Assembly: GCA_033763315.1 (NCBI GenBank)
Contig: JANRKS010000032.1
Location: forward strand, 224,001-288,000
From: Deltaproteobacteria bacterium
Lineage (GTDB): Bacteria; Myxococcota_A; Polyangia; Fen-1088
Reading direction: 5' to 3'
Length of the DNA: 64,000 nucleotides
A program made the position numbers and the translations under genes. Under the pieces are notes generated by a model. The model ran no database searches. It was not told where the DNA came from and saw nothing but the letters and a program-made list of their open reading frames with translations. Below, piece by piece: positions 18,700 through 27,398 of this stretch (its first letter is position 1; every line of letters starts with the position of its first letter).

Positions 18700-21282
18700 T
18701 TAAGCACGCGCCTGTAGCACCTGGCCAGCGTTGAGCACCAACGGTGTGGCAAAGGTAAGCCACACCTCTTGTTTGTTGTCGCTCACGGCGGCTTGTGCCG
18801 CCACAGGCTTGCCATCCACCCACACGGTGGTCTTCGCGCTGGGCTTGTCGATCGCAAGCTTGAGGCCCGAGATCGTCATGCTGCCGGTGGCCAGCTTCAA
18901 GCTCACCCGCTGGCCGCCCCCTGCGCCTGTGCGCTCGTAGTGGCCCGTGGCTGTGGGCACCGCGAAGAACAGCTTGAGTTGCTTCTTGGGCACGGTGGGC
19001 GCGAAACCATAGACGCCCTGATTCTGCGAGAGGCCCGCCATCGCGTTCACAGCCGCCCAAGCCGCCAAGGCGCGGTAGTAATGGCCGCCGAACTCTTGGT
19101 GATCCCAGTATCGCCCCACCTTGCGGTAGCGATCGTCCACCGTGCGCATCACGTCCACGCCTTGCTTGTAAAGGCCCTCGTACATCAAGAACGACGCAAA
19201 CGCCAACTCAACACCCGACCAGCAGGTGTTGGCTTGATCCACCCAGATGTTATCGGGCACGTCGGCCCATGGCGTGGCGCCTGGCCAGCTGCAGTTGCGC
19301 AGGCCGAACTTCGGCTTGTACGACATATCGAGCACAGACTTGAGCGCCGACGTGATGTGCTCACGTGGCACCAGATCGCCCAGACCATTAAAGCGCATCG
19401 TCCATTGACCAATCAGCTGATCGGTCAAGCAGCCCTCATCTTTGCCGCCGTGTTTGCCGCCTTCGTCGTTCCACAAACGGTAATACTTGCCGTTCCAGAG
19501 CCGCTCTTCGAAGATCGCTTTTCCCTTGTCATAAAAGCCAGCGTAGCGTTTCTGCGCGTCGGCATCGCCCAACGCCTTGGCGCCTTCGACCATGCCCGCC
19601 AAGGCCGCGAGCCATTGCGAGCCGATGTACGCAGCCACGCCGTACATAGGGAAGTTGTCGTAGCTCGACATGATGCCTTCCATGTCGGGCATCGAATCGC
19701 CATTCAGATCGCGCTCCTTTACGCAGTATTCGATCGCCTTCTTGAGTGACGGCCACATCTCCTTGAGGAAGTCTTTGTCGCCTGTCCAAAAAAAGTCACG
19801 CATCACCATGCCCACGTATTGCGCGTGCAGATCGAGGCGCCGATCCACGCCCGCCACGCCCGTGAGTCGCTTGCCGAAATCGCGCTGCAGACCATGCGCC
19901 ACTTCGCCTGAGTCTTGCTGAATCGCACGGTGGGCGCGCAACGTTTGCCTTTGCAGGCTGGGGAACATCGTGGCGATGGGCACCGAGCCATACACGCTGA
20001 CGTCGGTGGTGGCGATGGGGCCCCAGTGGTGATCCGAAGTGATGCCTTCCAAAATGCCGAAATTGCCGTCTTTGGTGCACCAGCCGCTGGTGATGAACGT
20101 GTTCAGCTGCGAATTGATCTGATCCAGAACGAACGGCTCTGCATCGCTGTCATAAAAATTTTCGATGAACGCGTTGGTGCGTTTGTGCAGATCGTCGCGG
20201 TTTGCCACCACGTGTTTGGCCACCTCTGCGGCCGATTTGAACTTGCGCGCATAGTACGCACCTTCGATGCGTGTTTTGCTCTCGTTCCACATGTTGGGAA
20301 AGTGCCACGTCATCACGAATGAATGATCGAAGCTTTGCTTCGGTTTCAAATTGGCCGATTTTGCCAAGCTGTTGAACGTGCGTGGCAAGGCCCAGCGTTT
20401 GTTCGTTTTACGGTCGCGCGTTGTGCGCTTTTCTGTTTCGTCGATGTTGCCCAAGGTTTTGCCGCGCAACACACGCTCAAAGTAAGGATGCCGGTGTTCC
20501 CAACCTAAGTAGTGACTAGAGTCGCTTGAGAGCGATGCCAATGCCAGCGTACCAGCGGATGAACGATCCGCAGGCACTTCGCGCGCGCCGGCCTCGAACA
20601 TCTTGTGGCCTTGGCCTTCACTGACATTGGCGGTATAGAATTTTTCCTTGAAGTCGTAGCCCGCGAGGTTGCGCTGGCACGCGATCAACATGACGTCCAC
20701 CGGCGTGTTCGACTTGTTCACGATCTGAAAGTCAAAGCACAAGGCGGGCAGGTTCGAGCTGTCAACGTCGTGCGGGATGAACGGGCTCCACGCCTTCATG
20801 CGCACTTCCACGGGCATCTCGGGATCGGTGAACACAAGTTCCGCGTTGGGGAAACGAGCGCTGTATTCGATCTTTTCGACCCCCGTCATCCACGGGAACT
20901 CATAAACGTGCACCTCCACCGTGCCCACCCGGTAGCCGTCTTCGATTTGCAGCAATTTGATGCGCGGCTCTTGGCCAGGGACTTCATAGCGCAGCTTGAA
21001 GAACATGAAGTCGGCTTGCTCTTCGGGCAAGGGCTCGCCTGTGCCACGGGGGGCGTTGTTAAAGGCGCTCCAGTTGTAAAACCGGCCATCCTTGCGCAAC
21101 TCGGCGCCACCAGAGCCCACGCCACCCAGTGTTACGCCGTTGCGGGCCTTATCGGCGTTGCGCATGACCTCTTTATAGGCGGGGGGCAAACGGCGGGCGG
21201 CTTCGGCTTGGCGGGTGGGAGATAACAGCAAGCTGCCAGCGGCGCCGAGGCCTGCGCCGGCGAGAAGGTCACGTCGTTTCAT
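18700..21282 (-). CDS. GH116 family glycoside hydrolase (beta-glucosidase/glucosylceramidase-like), Tat-exported
   Basis: Tat signal MKRRDLL; GVTLGGVGSG, AWSPFIPHD..SNLP, FGILEG, SYDNFP, LWNGKYY and DQLIGQW. Confidence 0.88.
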   Translation of the reverse strand: MKRRDLLAGAGLGAAGSLLLSPTRQAEAARRLPPAYKEVMRNADKARNGVTLGGVGSGGAELRKDGRFYNWSAFNNAPRGTGEPLPEEQADFMFFKLRYEVPGQEPRIKLLQIEDGYRVGTVEVHVYEFPWMTGVEKIEYSARFPNAELVFTDPEMPVEVRMKAWSPFIPHDVDSSNLPALCFDFQIVNKSNTPVDVMLIACQRNLAGYDFKEKFYTANVSEGQGHKMFEAGAREVPADRSSAGTLALASLSSDSSHYLGWEHRHPYFERVLRGKTLGNIDETEKRTTRDRKTNKRWALPRTFNSLAKSANLKPKQSFDHSFVMTWHFPNMWNESKTRIEGAYYARKFKSAAEVAKHVVANRDDLHKRTNAFIENFYDSDAEPFVLDQINSQLNTFITSGWCTKDGNFGILEGITSDHHWGPIATTDVSVYGSVPIATMFPSLQRQTLRAHRAIQQDSGEVAHGLQRDFGKRLTGVAGVDRRLDLHAQYVGMVMRDFFWTGDKDFLKEMWPSLKKAIEYCVKERDLNGDSMPDMEGIMSSYDNFPMYGVAAYIGSQWLAALAGMVEGAKALGDADAQKRYAGFYDKGKAIFEERLWNGKYYRLWNDEGGKHGGKDEGCLTDQLIGQWTMRFNGLGDLVPREHITSALKSVLDMSYKPKFGLRNCSWPGATPWADVPDNIWVDQANTCWSGVELAFASFLMYEGLYKQGVDVMRTVDDRYRKVGRYWDHQEFGGHYYRALAAWAAVNAMAGLSQNQGVYGFAPTVPKKQLKLFFAVPTATGHYERTGAGGGQRVSLKLATGSMTISGLKLAIDKPSAKTTVWVDGKPVAAQAAVSDNKQEVWLTFATPLVLNAGQVLQARA

Positions 21283-21381
21283 AAAGGCTCCAGAATCGGT
21301 GAGAGATCGGTGAAGGAAAAGGAAGGGGCAGGGCGCGTAACGCCCGTGCGAAGGCTGACACGCTCACCGGATTCATCAAAT

Positions 21382-21431
21382 GTGTCAAGCGCTTGCGCTG
21401 TTAGTGCTGTCACAGCATTAACGCTTGACAC
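21382..21431. promoter_or_regulatory. Inverted-repeat element with LacI-type palindrome and two TTGACA boxes upstream of GH116
   Basis: Outer arms GTGTCAAGCG/CGCTTGACAC; inner arms GTTAGTGCTGT/ACAGCATTAAC; palindrome CAAGCGCTTG (21386-21395) overlaps a minus-strand TTGACA. Confidence 0.55.
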
Positions 21432-21432
21432 G

Positions 21433-22251
21433 CTAGTGACGAAAAAACGTAGGCACCATCAGTAGGATCTCGAACAAAATCAGCAAGACCACGGTGGTTT
21501 CCAGCAGCACGAGGCGGCGATCGCGGACCACATCCAAGATCAGCTCCAAGGCCTCCTGCATGCCCCGCAGCTTCGTTTCCAGGCTATCGAACCGATCGGC
21601 CAGCTCGAACTCGGCGCGCAAATCGCTGTAGATCCGATCCATGCCCGGGTCGTCCCACGTGGCATCGGGCTTGTCCAAAAGGTGCAAAACCGAAAGCACC
21701 TCGTTGCGCGTGCTGATCGCCTCACCGATGAACCTATGCAGCGACCGGATGCGCATCGGCGCCGAACCCGTTTTGCGTAGATGCTCGATGAGCTTGGCCG
21801 TTTCCTCGGAAAGCTTTTGGATGATGGCTTCGTAGTATTCCATCGCCGCGCTTTGCGCCAAGGTCAGCGCGATCACGCCGGCGCGGTTGGGCGTGAGGCT
21901 GTCGAGCACGAGCTTGCCGCCTTCCATGCTGACCTGCGCCCCCGGCGTTTCCGCCACCTCGAAGCGCTCTTCGGAGATCACTGGCACCTTCGCGCTGCCC
22001 TCAAGATGGGGGCGGACCCGATCGATGATGGCCGCGTGCTCTTCGGTGGCAACGTTGTGGAACACCAGCACGCCGAACGAGAACGCATAAACGGTGCCAC
22101 TGCCCGCGGGGAAAACGGCCACGCCGGCGGTGCGCTGCGCGGTTTGCAGAGACGCCGCCAGCGAACGCATGCGAAAATTCTCGGCAAACGCCACGGCACC
22201 GAACATGTGCCGCTGCGCAAGGGTTGTGGGAAGCGCCGTCACTGACGTCAT
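21433..22251 (-). CDS. RMD1/YagE (DUF155) family protein
   Basis: YAFSFGVLVFHN, LAQSAAMEYYE, LLDKPDATWD, FELADRFDSLETKL and a C-terminal TM (LETTVVLLILFEI). Confidence 0.88.
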   Translation of the reverse strand: MTSVTALPTTLAQRHMFGAVAFAENFRMRSLAASLQTAQRTAGVAVFPAGSGTVYAFSFGVLVFHNVATEEHAAIIDRVRPHLEGSAKVPVISEERFEVAETPGAQVSMEGGKLVLDSLTPNRAGVIALTLAQSAAMEYYEAIIQKLSEETAKLIEHLRKTGSAPMRIRSLHRFIGEAISTRNEVLSVLHLLDKPDATWDDPGMDRIYSDLRAEFELADRFDSLETKLRGMQEALELILDVVRDRRLVLLETTVVLLILFEILLMVPTFFRH

Positions 22252-22307
22252 ACGTTTAGTTTACGAGGTGCGGCTGGCGCATGCGAAAGCGGTGCTAAGG
22301 TTGCAAT

Positions 22308-23708
22308 ATGAAACTGGAATTTCATGGCGCAGCGGGAGAGGTGACCGGCTCGTTGCATCGCTTGGTGGTGGGTGACACCAGCATAGGCATCGATTGTGGC
22401 TTGGTTCAGGGCCGTCGCGCCGAGAGCAACGCCCGCAACCGCAGGCTGCCTGCTTGGGCCAACACCGCCCACGCCTGGCTGCTGAGCCACGCGCATCTGG
22501 ACCACAGCGGCAACCTGCCCACGCTGGTGAAACAAGGCTTCACCGGAAACATCTATGCCACGCCCGCCACGCGCGATTTGTGCGGCGTCATGCTGCGCGA
22601 TTCAGCGATGGTGCAAGAACAAGACGCGCGGTATTTGAACCGTAAGGCCGAACGCGAAGGCACCGATCAACACGTGACGCCGCTTTACAATGTGGCCGAC
22701 GCAGATCGCGCCATCAACCAGATGATCGCGTTGCCCTTGCGCCGCACGTTGACCGTGGCGCCGGGGGTGTCGCTGACGTTCTTCGAGGCAGGGCACGTGT
22801 TGGGCTCAGCGCTTGTGTGTTTGGATGTGGAGGAAGCTGGCCGCCGGCGACGGCTGCTGTTTACGGGCGACTTGGGCCGCGAGGAGTTGCCGTTGTTGAA
22901 CCCGCCAGAACACGTGCCGGGCGTGAATGTGCTGCTGACCGAAAGCACTTATGGCGATCGGCTGCACGGACCTCTGTCCGCACTCGACGACACGTTGGCC
23001 CAAGTTGTGACCCGCACGGTGAAACGCGGCGGGCGCGTGTTCATTCCTGCGTTTGCGCTCGAGCGCGCGCAGGAGGTTCTGTTTGCGCTGTCGCGCTTGC
23101 TTGCTGCCAAGCAGATGCCTGCTGTACCCATTTATATCGACAGCCCGTTGGCGATTGCGATCACCGAAATTTACAAGCTTCATCCCGAGAGTTTGGATCC
23201 GGCTTTGCGGCAAAGGCTCAGTGGCGACGACGATCCGTTTGCGCCGCCGGGGCTACACTATGTGAGCACCGCTGACCAATCGCGTGCCCTTCAAAGCAGT
23301 GGCAAGCCATGCATCATCATTGCCGGGTCCGGTATGTGCGAAGGCGGTCGCATTTTGCACCACTTAAACCATGGGCTCGGCGACGCACGGAATACAGTGG
23401 CCATCGTGGGATTTCAAGCGCAACACACGTTGGGTCGTCGCTTGGCCGAACGCCGGAGCACCGTGCGCGTGTTCGGTATGGAGCGCGACGTGCGCGCTGA
23501 AGTGGTGTTGCTCGATGGGCTCTCGGCGCATGCCGATCAAGCGGGCTTGGTTGCTTTCGCGCAAGCCTGCCGCCAGGCGGGCGAGCTTTCGCAGGTGGCC
23601 CTGGTGCATGGTGAGCCCGAGGCCGCGCAAGGTTTGTCGCAAGCCTTGCAAGCCCAAGGCTTCGGCAACGTTGTCGTGGCGTCGCCGGGTGCGGGGATCG
23701 AGCTTTGA
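22308..23708 (+). CDS. MBL-fold beta-CASP ribonuclease (YSH1/TTHA0252-like)
   Basis: GAAGEVTGS, HAHLDHSG, AGHVLGS, FTGDLG, ESTYGDR, SGMCEGGRILHHL, SAHAD and LVHGE. Confidence 0.93.
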   Translation: MKLEFHGAAGEVTGSLHRLVVGDTSIGIDCGLVQGRRAESNARNRRLPAWANTAHAWLLSHAHLDHSGNLPTLVKQGFTGNIYATPATRDLCGVMLRDSAMVQEQDARYLNRKAEREGTDQHVTPLYNVADADRAINQMIALPLRRTLTVAPGVSLTFFEAGHVLGSALVCLDVEEAGRRRRLLFTGDLGREELPLLNPPEHVPGVNVLLTESTYGDRLHGPLSALDDTLAQVVTRTVKRGGRVFIPAFALERAQEVLFALSRLLAAKQMPAVPIYIDSPLAIAITEIYKLHPESLDPALRQRLSGDDDPFAPPGLHYVSTADQSRALQSSGKPCIIIAGSGMCEGGRILHHLNHGLGDARNTVAIVGFQAQHTLGRRLAERRSTVRVFGMERDVRAEVVLLDGLSAHADQAGLVAFAQACRQAGELSQVALVHGEPEAAQGLSQALQAQGFGNVVVASPGAGIEL

Positions 23709-23711
23709 CGC

Positions 23712-24836
23712 TTATTCCTTGAGCGTAAGGACGGTGGGCGTGCGGCCCGATTGTTGGGCGTACGCCTTGGCAATGTGATCGCCTGCGGCTTTGGCTTTGT
23801 CCACGTCGGCCAAGATCACCACGGAGCCACCGAAGCCGCCGCCCGTGAGCCGGGCGCCATACACGCCTGGCGTCGTTCGGGCGATCTCCACAATCAAATC
23901 GATCTCTTTGACGGACACCTCGAAATCGTCGCGCAACGACGCGTGCCCCTCATAAAGCAGCCGACCCAACGCGGGCAGATCACCTGCACGCAGAAGTTTG
24001 GCGAACTCTTGCACGCGCGCGTTCTCTTTGACCACGTGCCGGGCGCGCCTGCACTGCTCGGGGGGCAGCTGTTCGATGCGTGGCAGATCTGCGAGGGTAA
24101 AATCGCGCAACACGCGCACGCCCAAAGTCATGGCGGCGGCTTCACATTCGGCGCGGCGGGTGCGGTATTCGCCGCCGGCGTGGCTGTGCGTGACGCCCGA
24201 GTTCAACACCACCCAATCGGCGGCCGCAGGCAAAGGAACCCGCTCGTACTGCAACGTGCGTGTGTCTAACAGCAGGGCGTGTTCCGTGTCAGCCAAGCTG
24301 GCCGCCATTTGATCCATGACGCCGATGGGCGCACCCACGAAGTCCGTTTCAGATTTTTGACCGAGCAGCGCCAACTTCACATCATCGAGCGTGAGCCCAA
24401 ACGCTTCGCGAATGGCACGCAACACGGCCACCTCGAACGACGCGCTTGACGACAAGCCGGCACCGAGCGGCACGGTGGAAGTCATACGCAAATCAAAGCC
24501 GTTGTGTTGATAGCCTGCGCGTGCCAGCGCGACCGTGCAGCCCTTGAGGTAATCCACCCAGCTGTCGTCTTTGGTTTCCTGCCCCAGCTCAAATTGCACG
24601 GGTGTGGCAGCTCCGGCATTCTCACTGATGGCGCGCACAAGTTTGTCTTGGCGGGGTGAAAGCTCGACCGTTGTAAATCGTGGGATCGCCGTTGGGAACA
24701 CAAAGCCTTCGCTGTAGTCGGTGTGCTCGCCGATGAGGTTCACGCGGCCAGGTGCACGCGTGGTGACCGCTGGGGCCGCACCAAACAACGCGGCGAACGA
24801 AGGAAGGCTCTGTGGACCGTGCGAATCGTGGCTCAT
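23712..24836 (-). CDS. galK: Galactokinase
   Basis: APGRVNLIGEHTDY, PLGAGLSSSA, GVMDQ and GARLTGGGFGG. Confidence 0.96.
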   Translation of the reverse strand: MSHDSHGPQSLPSFAALFGAAPAVTTRAPGRVNLIGEHTDYSEGFVFPTAIPRFTTVELSPRQDKLVRAISENAGAATPVQFELGQETKDDSWVDYLKGCTVALARAGYQHNGFDLRMTSTVPLGAGLSSSASFEVAVLRAIREAFGLTLDDVKLALLGQKSETDFVGAPIGVMDQMAASLADTEHALLLDTRTLQYERVPLPAAADWVVLNSGVTHSHAGGEYRTRRAECEAAAMTLGVRVLRDFTLADLPRIEQLPPEQCRRARHVVKENARVQEFAKLLRAGDLPALGRLLYEGHASLRDDFEVSVKEIDLIVEIARTTPGVYGARLTGGGFGGSVVILADVDKAKAAGDHIAKAYAQQSGRTPTVLTLKE

Positions 24837-24904
24837 GCAACGTGACGACTACCACGCTTTTTGTAGGCCCACCACTGGGCAGGGAACGCGGCGAACGTGT
24901 GACG

Positions 24905-25672
24905 TCAGAAGGCTTTGGACTGCCCGCCGTCAACCGGGATGCATGCCCCCACCACCCAAGCGGCGCGGGGCGAAGCCAAGAACGTCACGACGTTTGCCAA
25001 TTCTTCCGGGGTGCCAAAGCGGCCGCCCGGGATCTCTTTCGCCACGAACTCAGCGATGCCCTGCGGATCGGCGTTGCGCCGCCGCTCCCAGCCGCCGCCT
25101 GGAAACAAGATCGAGCCAGGCGCCACACAACAAACACGCACGCCTTGGGCGATGAGATCGCGAGCCATGCTTTTGCTCAAACTAACCACAGCGGCCTTGG
25201 CCGCGTTGTAGCCCGGTGCACCGCCTGATTCGCGCCCCCAGATGGAAGCGATGTTCACAATCGCGCTGCCAGACGGCATAAGCGGCAAGCACGCCTTGGA
25301 CGTGCGCATGGTGCTCCACAGGTTGCGTTCAAGCGCCTGTTGCAGGTCGGCGTCGTCCATCTCGGCGAACGTGCGCGCGCCCGATCCACCCACGTTGTTG
25401 ACCAGCACGTGCACTTGCCCACCCCATGTGGCGGCCGCGCGCGCCACCCCGTTGGCGCCGTCAATCGTACTGACGTCGGCAACCACGCTTGTGATATTGG
25501 CTTCCCCGAACGCGGCGACGGCGGCTGCGTGCGTTTGGGCCAACGCATCGCCACCGCGCGCGCACAAAACAACGCGGCAACCTTCTTGCGCCAACCCCCA
25601 CGCGATGGCGCGGCCCAAGCCCTTGCTTGAGCCCGTCACCACAGCCACCTTACCGGCCAAACCTAAATCCAT
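24905..25672 (-). CDS. SDR family oxidoreductase
   Basis: TGSSKGLG, LVNNVG, NIAS, YNAAK and VDGG. Confidence 0.93.
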   Translation of the reverse strand: MDLGLAGKVAVVTGSSKGLGRAIAWGLAQEGCRVVLCARGGDALAQTHAAAVAAFGEANITSVVADVSTIDGANGVARAAATWGGQVHVLVNNVGGSGARTFAEMDDADLQQALERNLWSTMRTSKACLPLMPSGSAIVNIASIWGRESGGAPGYNAAKAAVVSLSKSMARDLIAQGVRVCCVAPGSILFPGGGWERRRNADPQGIAEFVAKEIPGGRFGTPEELANVVTFLASPRAAWVVGACIPVDGGQSKAF

Positions 25673-25724
25673 ACGCAGCGATTACCGCCTGGTGGCCATG
25701 GGTGCAAGCCGCGCCTAATGGGCG

Positions 25725-27206
25725 CTATTCTGGATCGAAGCGATAGACGTTGCCGAACAGGTCGAGAACGTAAAGCTCGCCCATCGCGTCTTCGCCAAAC
25801 CCGGTGATGCCCTGCAACGGTGTGGCGTTGGACTTAAGGTCGCTTGTTAGATCACGCTCACAGGTGCTCTTGCCCTTGTCCACCACCAGCGACATGACCT
25901 GGTTCTTGGCGTGATCGGCGTAGATGTAGCGGCCGTTGAGCGTTTGGATCTTCTGGCCGCGGTACACGAAGCCGCCGATCACCGCGCGCGAGCAATCAGC
26001 GTTGGTGCCACCCGAGCAGGCTTTCCCCATCATCATGTAGGAGGCCGGATCCGTCATGACGCCGGTACCATCGTGGAAGTAGCTGACCAGCGGCTTGTCC
26101 GCGGTTCGTTCGCAAGCGATCGGGATGAACCAAGGGAAGCAGCGGTCGCCTTCGAGAAACGCCCAACCCCAGTTGTGCCCTGTGGTGCCGGCGGCGGCAT
26201 AATTGATCTCCTCCCAACTCGCTTCGCCAACGTCTCCAAAGTAAAGATCGCCGGTGACTCGATCAAAGCTGCCACGGAAGGGGTTCCTCACGCCGAGGGC
26301 CCACACGTGAATGTCGCCATCGGGAAAATTGCCGGCCGGGCGCACGGTGGGCTTGTCCACATCAATGCGGAGAATCTTGCACAGGGGCTCTTTGGGATCT
26401 TGGCAAACGCCTGACTTCATCGTCTTGCTGGGCCCATCCCAGGAACCATAGCCATCGCGGCCAGCGTCGCCTGTGCCGGCGTACAGCATCCCGTCGGGGC
26501 CAAAGGTCAAAAAGCCGCCGTTGTGAAAGTCATCGTAGTCATGGCGAACCACCTTCAGAGCCTTGGTTGCCGCTTCGGCCTTGTTCGGATCTGCCGCGGA
26601 TCGTTTGCCTTCCGCAATGACGATGTCGCCCGCGTTGCCCTGCGAATACATATCGTTCCCGCGTCGCGTGTAGAAGATGAAGAAGCGCCCGTTGTCTTTG
26701 TACTGAGGGTGGAACGCCAGGCCCAAGAGGCCGCGCTCGTTGTCACCTGCGGGTGGTACCACGCTGGCACGGTTGTCGAAGAACGGCGCATCAACGAGTT
26801 TGTTGTTCTGGAAGATCCGAATGCGGCCCGCTCGTTCAACGATGTACAGGCGATCGTCGCCCTGCGGTTGCGACAACGCCATGGGCGTATCCACCGTTGT
26901 GATCCGGGTGAGCTTCAACTTCGGCGGATCGCATGCGGCCAGGGGTGGGCTGACGTTGGCGTCCATTTTCACGCCCGCGTCGCCGGGGCTGCCGCCTTGC
27001 TGCGGCGCCACACCGCCACCGCCGGCTTTGCCGCCAGTGCCGCCACGGCCGCCGTCGGCGTTGCCTCCCATTTGGGTGGCGCCGCCGTCGCCCGAGCCAG
27101 CCTCGCCGCCGGCGTTGTCGGTGTCACTGCTTTGGTTGCTTTGGCAGCCCCACGCTAGGGCTGCACAGGTCACGACGGTCCAAACCGGGGCGCGAAGGTA
27201 CATCAT
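25725..27206 (-). CDS. PQQ-dependent glucose/sorbosone dehydrogenase (GSDH) family lipoprotein
   Basis: Lipobox AWGC and Gly linker; ERGLLGLAFHP, HNGGFLTFGPDGMLY..GD, GVRNPFR, GDVG..WEEIN and GGFVYRG. Confidence 0.9.
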   Translation of the reverse strand: MMYLRAPVWTVVTCAALAWGCQSNQSSDTDNAGGEAGSGDGGATQMGGNADGGRGGTGGKAGGGGVAPQQGGSPGDAGVKMDANVSPPLAACDPPKLKLTRITTVDTPMALSQPQGDDRLYIVERAGRIRIFQNNKLVDAPFFDNRASVVPPAGDNERGLLGLAFHPQYKDNGRFFIFYTRRGNDMYSQGNAGDIVIAEGKRSAADPNKAEAATKALKVVRHDYDDFHNGGFLTFGPDGMLYAGTGDAGRDGYGSWDGPSKTMKSGVCQDPKEPLCKILRIDVDKPTVRPAGNFPDGDIHVWALGVRNPFRGSFDRVTGDLYFGDVGEASWEEINYAAAGTTGHNWGWAFLEGDRCFPWFIPIACERTADKPLVSYFHDGTGVMTDPASYMMMGKACSGGTNADCSRAVIGGFVYRGQKIQTLNGRYIYADHAKNQVMSLVVDKGKSTCERDLTSDLKSNATPLQGITGFGEDAMGELYVLDLFGNVYRFDPE

Positions 27207-27398
27207 GCGGTTCCTCTTGGTGATGTCGTTGCCGTTTCCCAAGGCCACCCACCCGCCAGTTGCAACGGGCTAAGTCTACATGCCAAAGGCCACGATGGGT
27301 CTATCTTGTAGGATCTTCTGCTGGTCATGGCGCCGCCCTGACGCGGTTGTTCGTGGCCGCCATCACGCTTGGGGCCTGTTTGGCACCATGGGCATATC

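Noticed and set aside
18692-19060. Long N-terminus of the YkgJ-like ORF
   Set aside because: It lies inside GH116 in another frame; the GTG at 18691 is more plausible.
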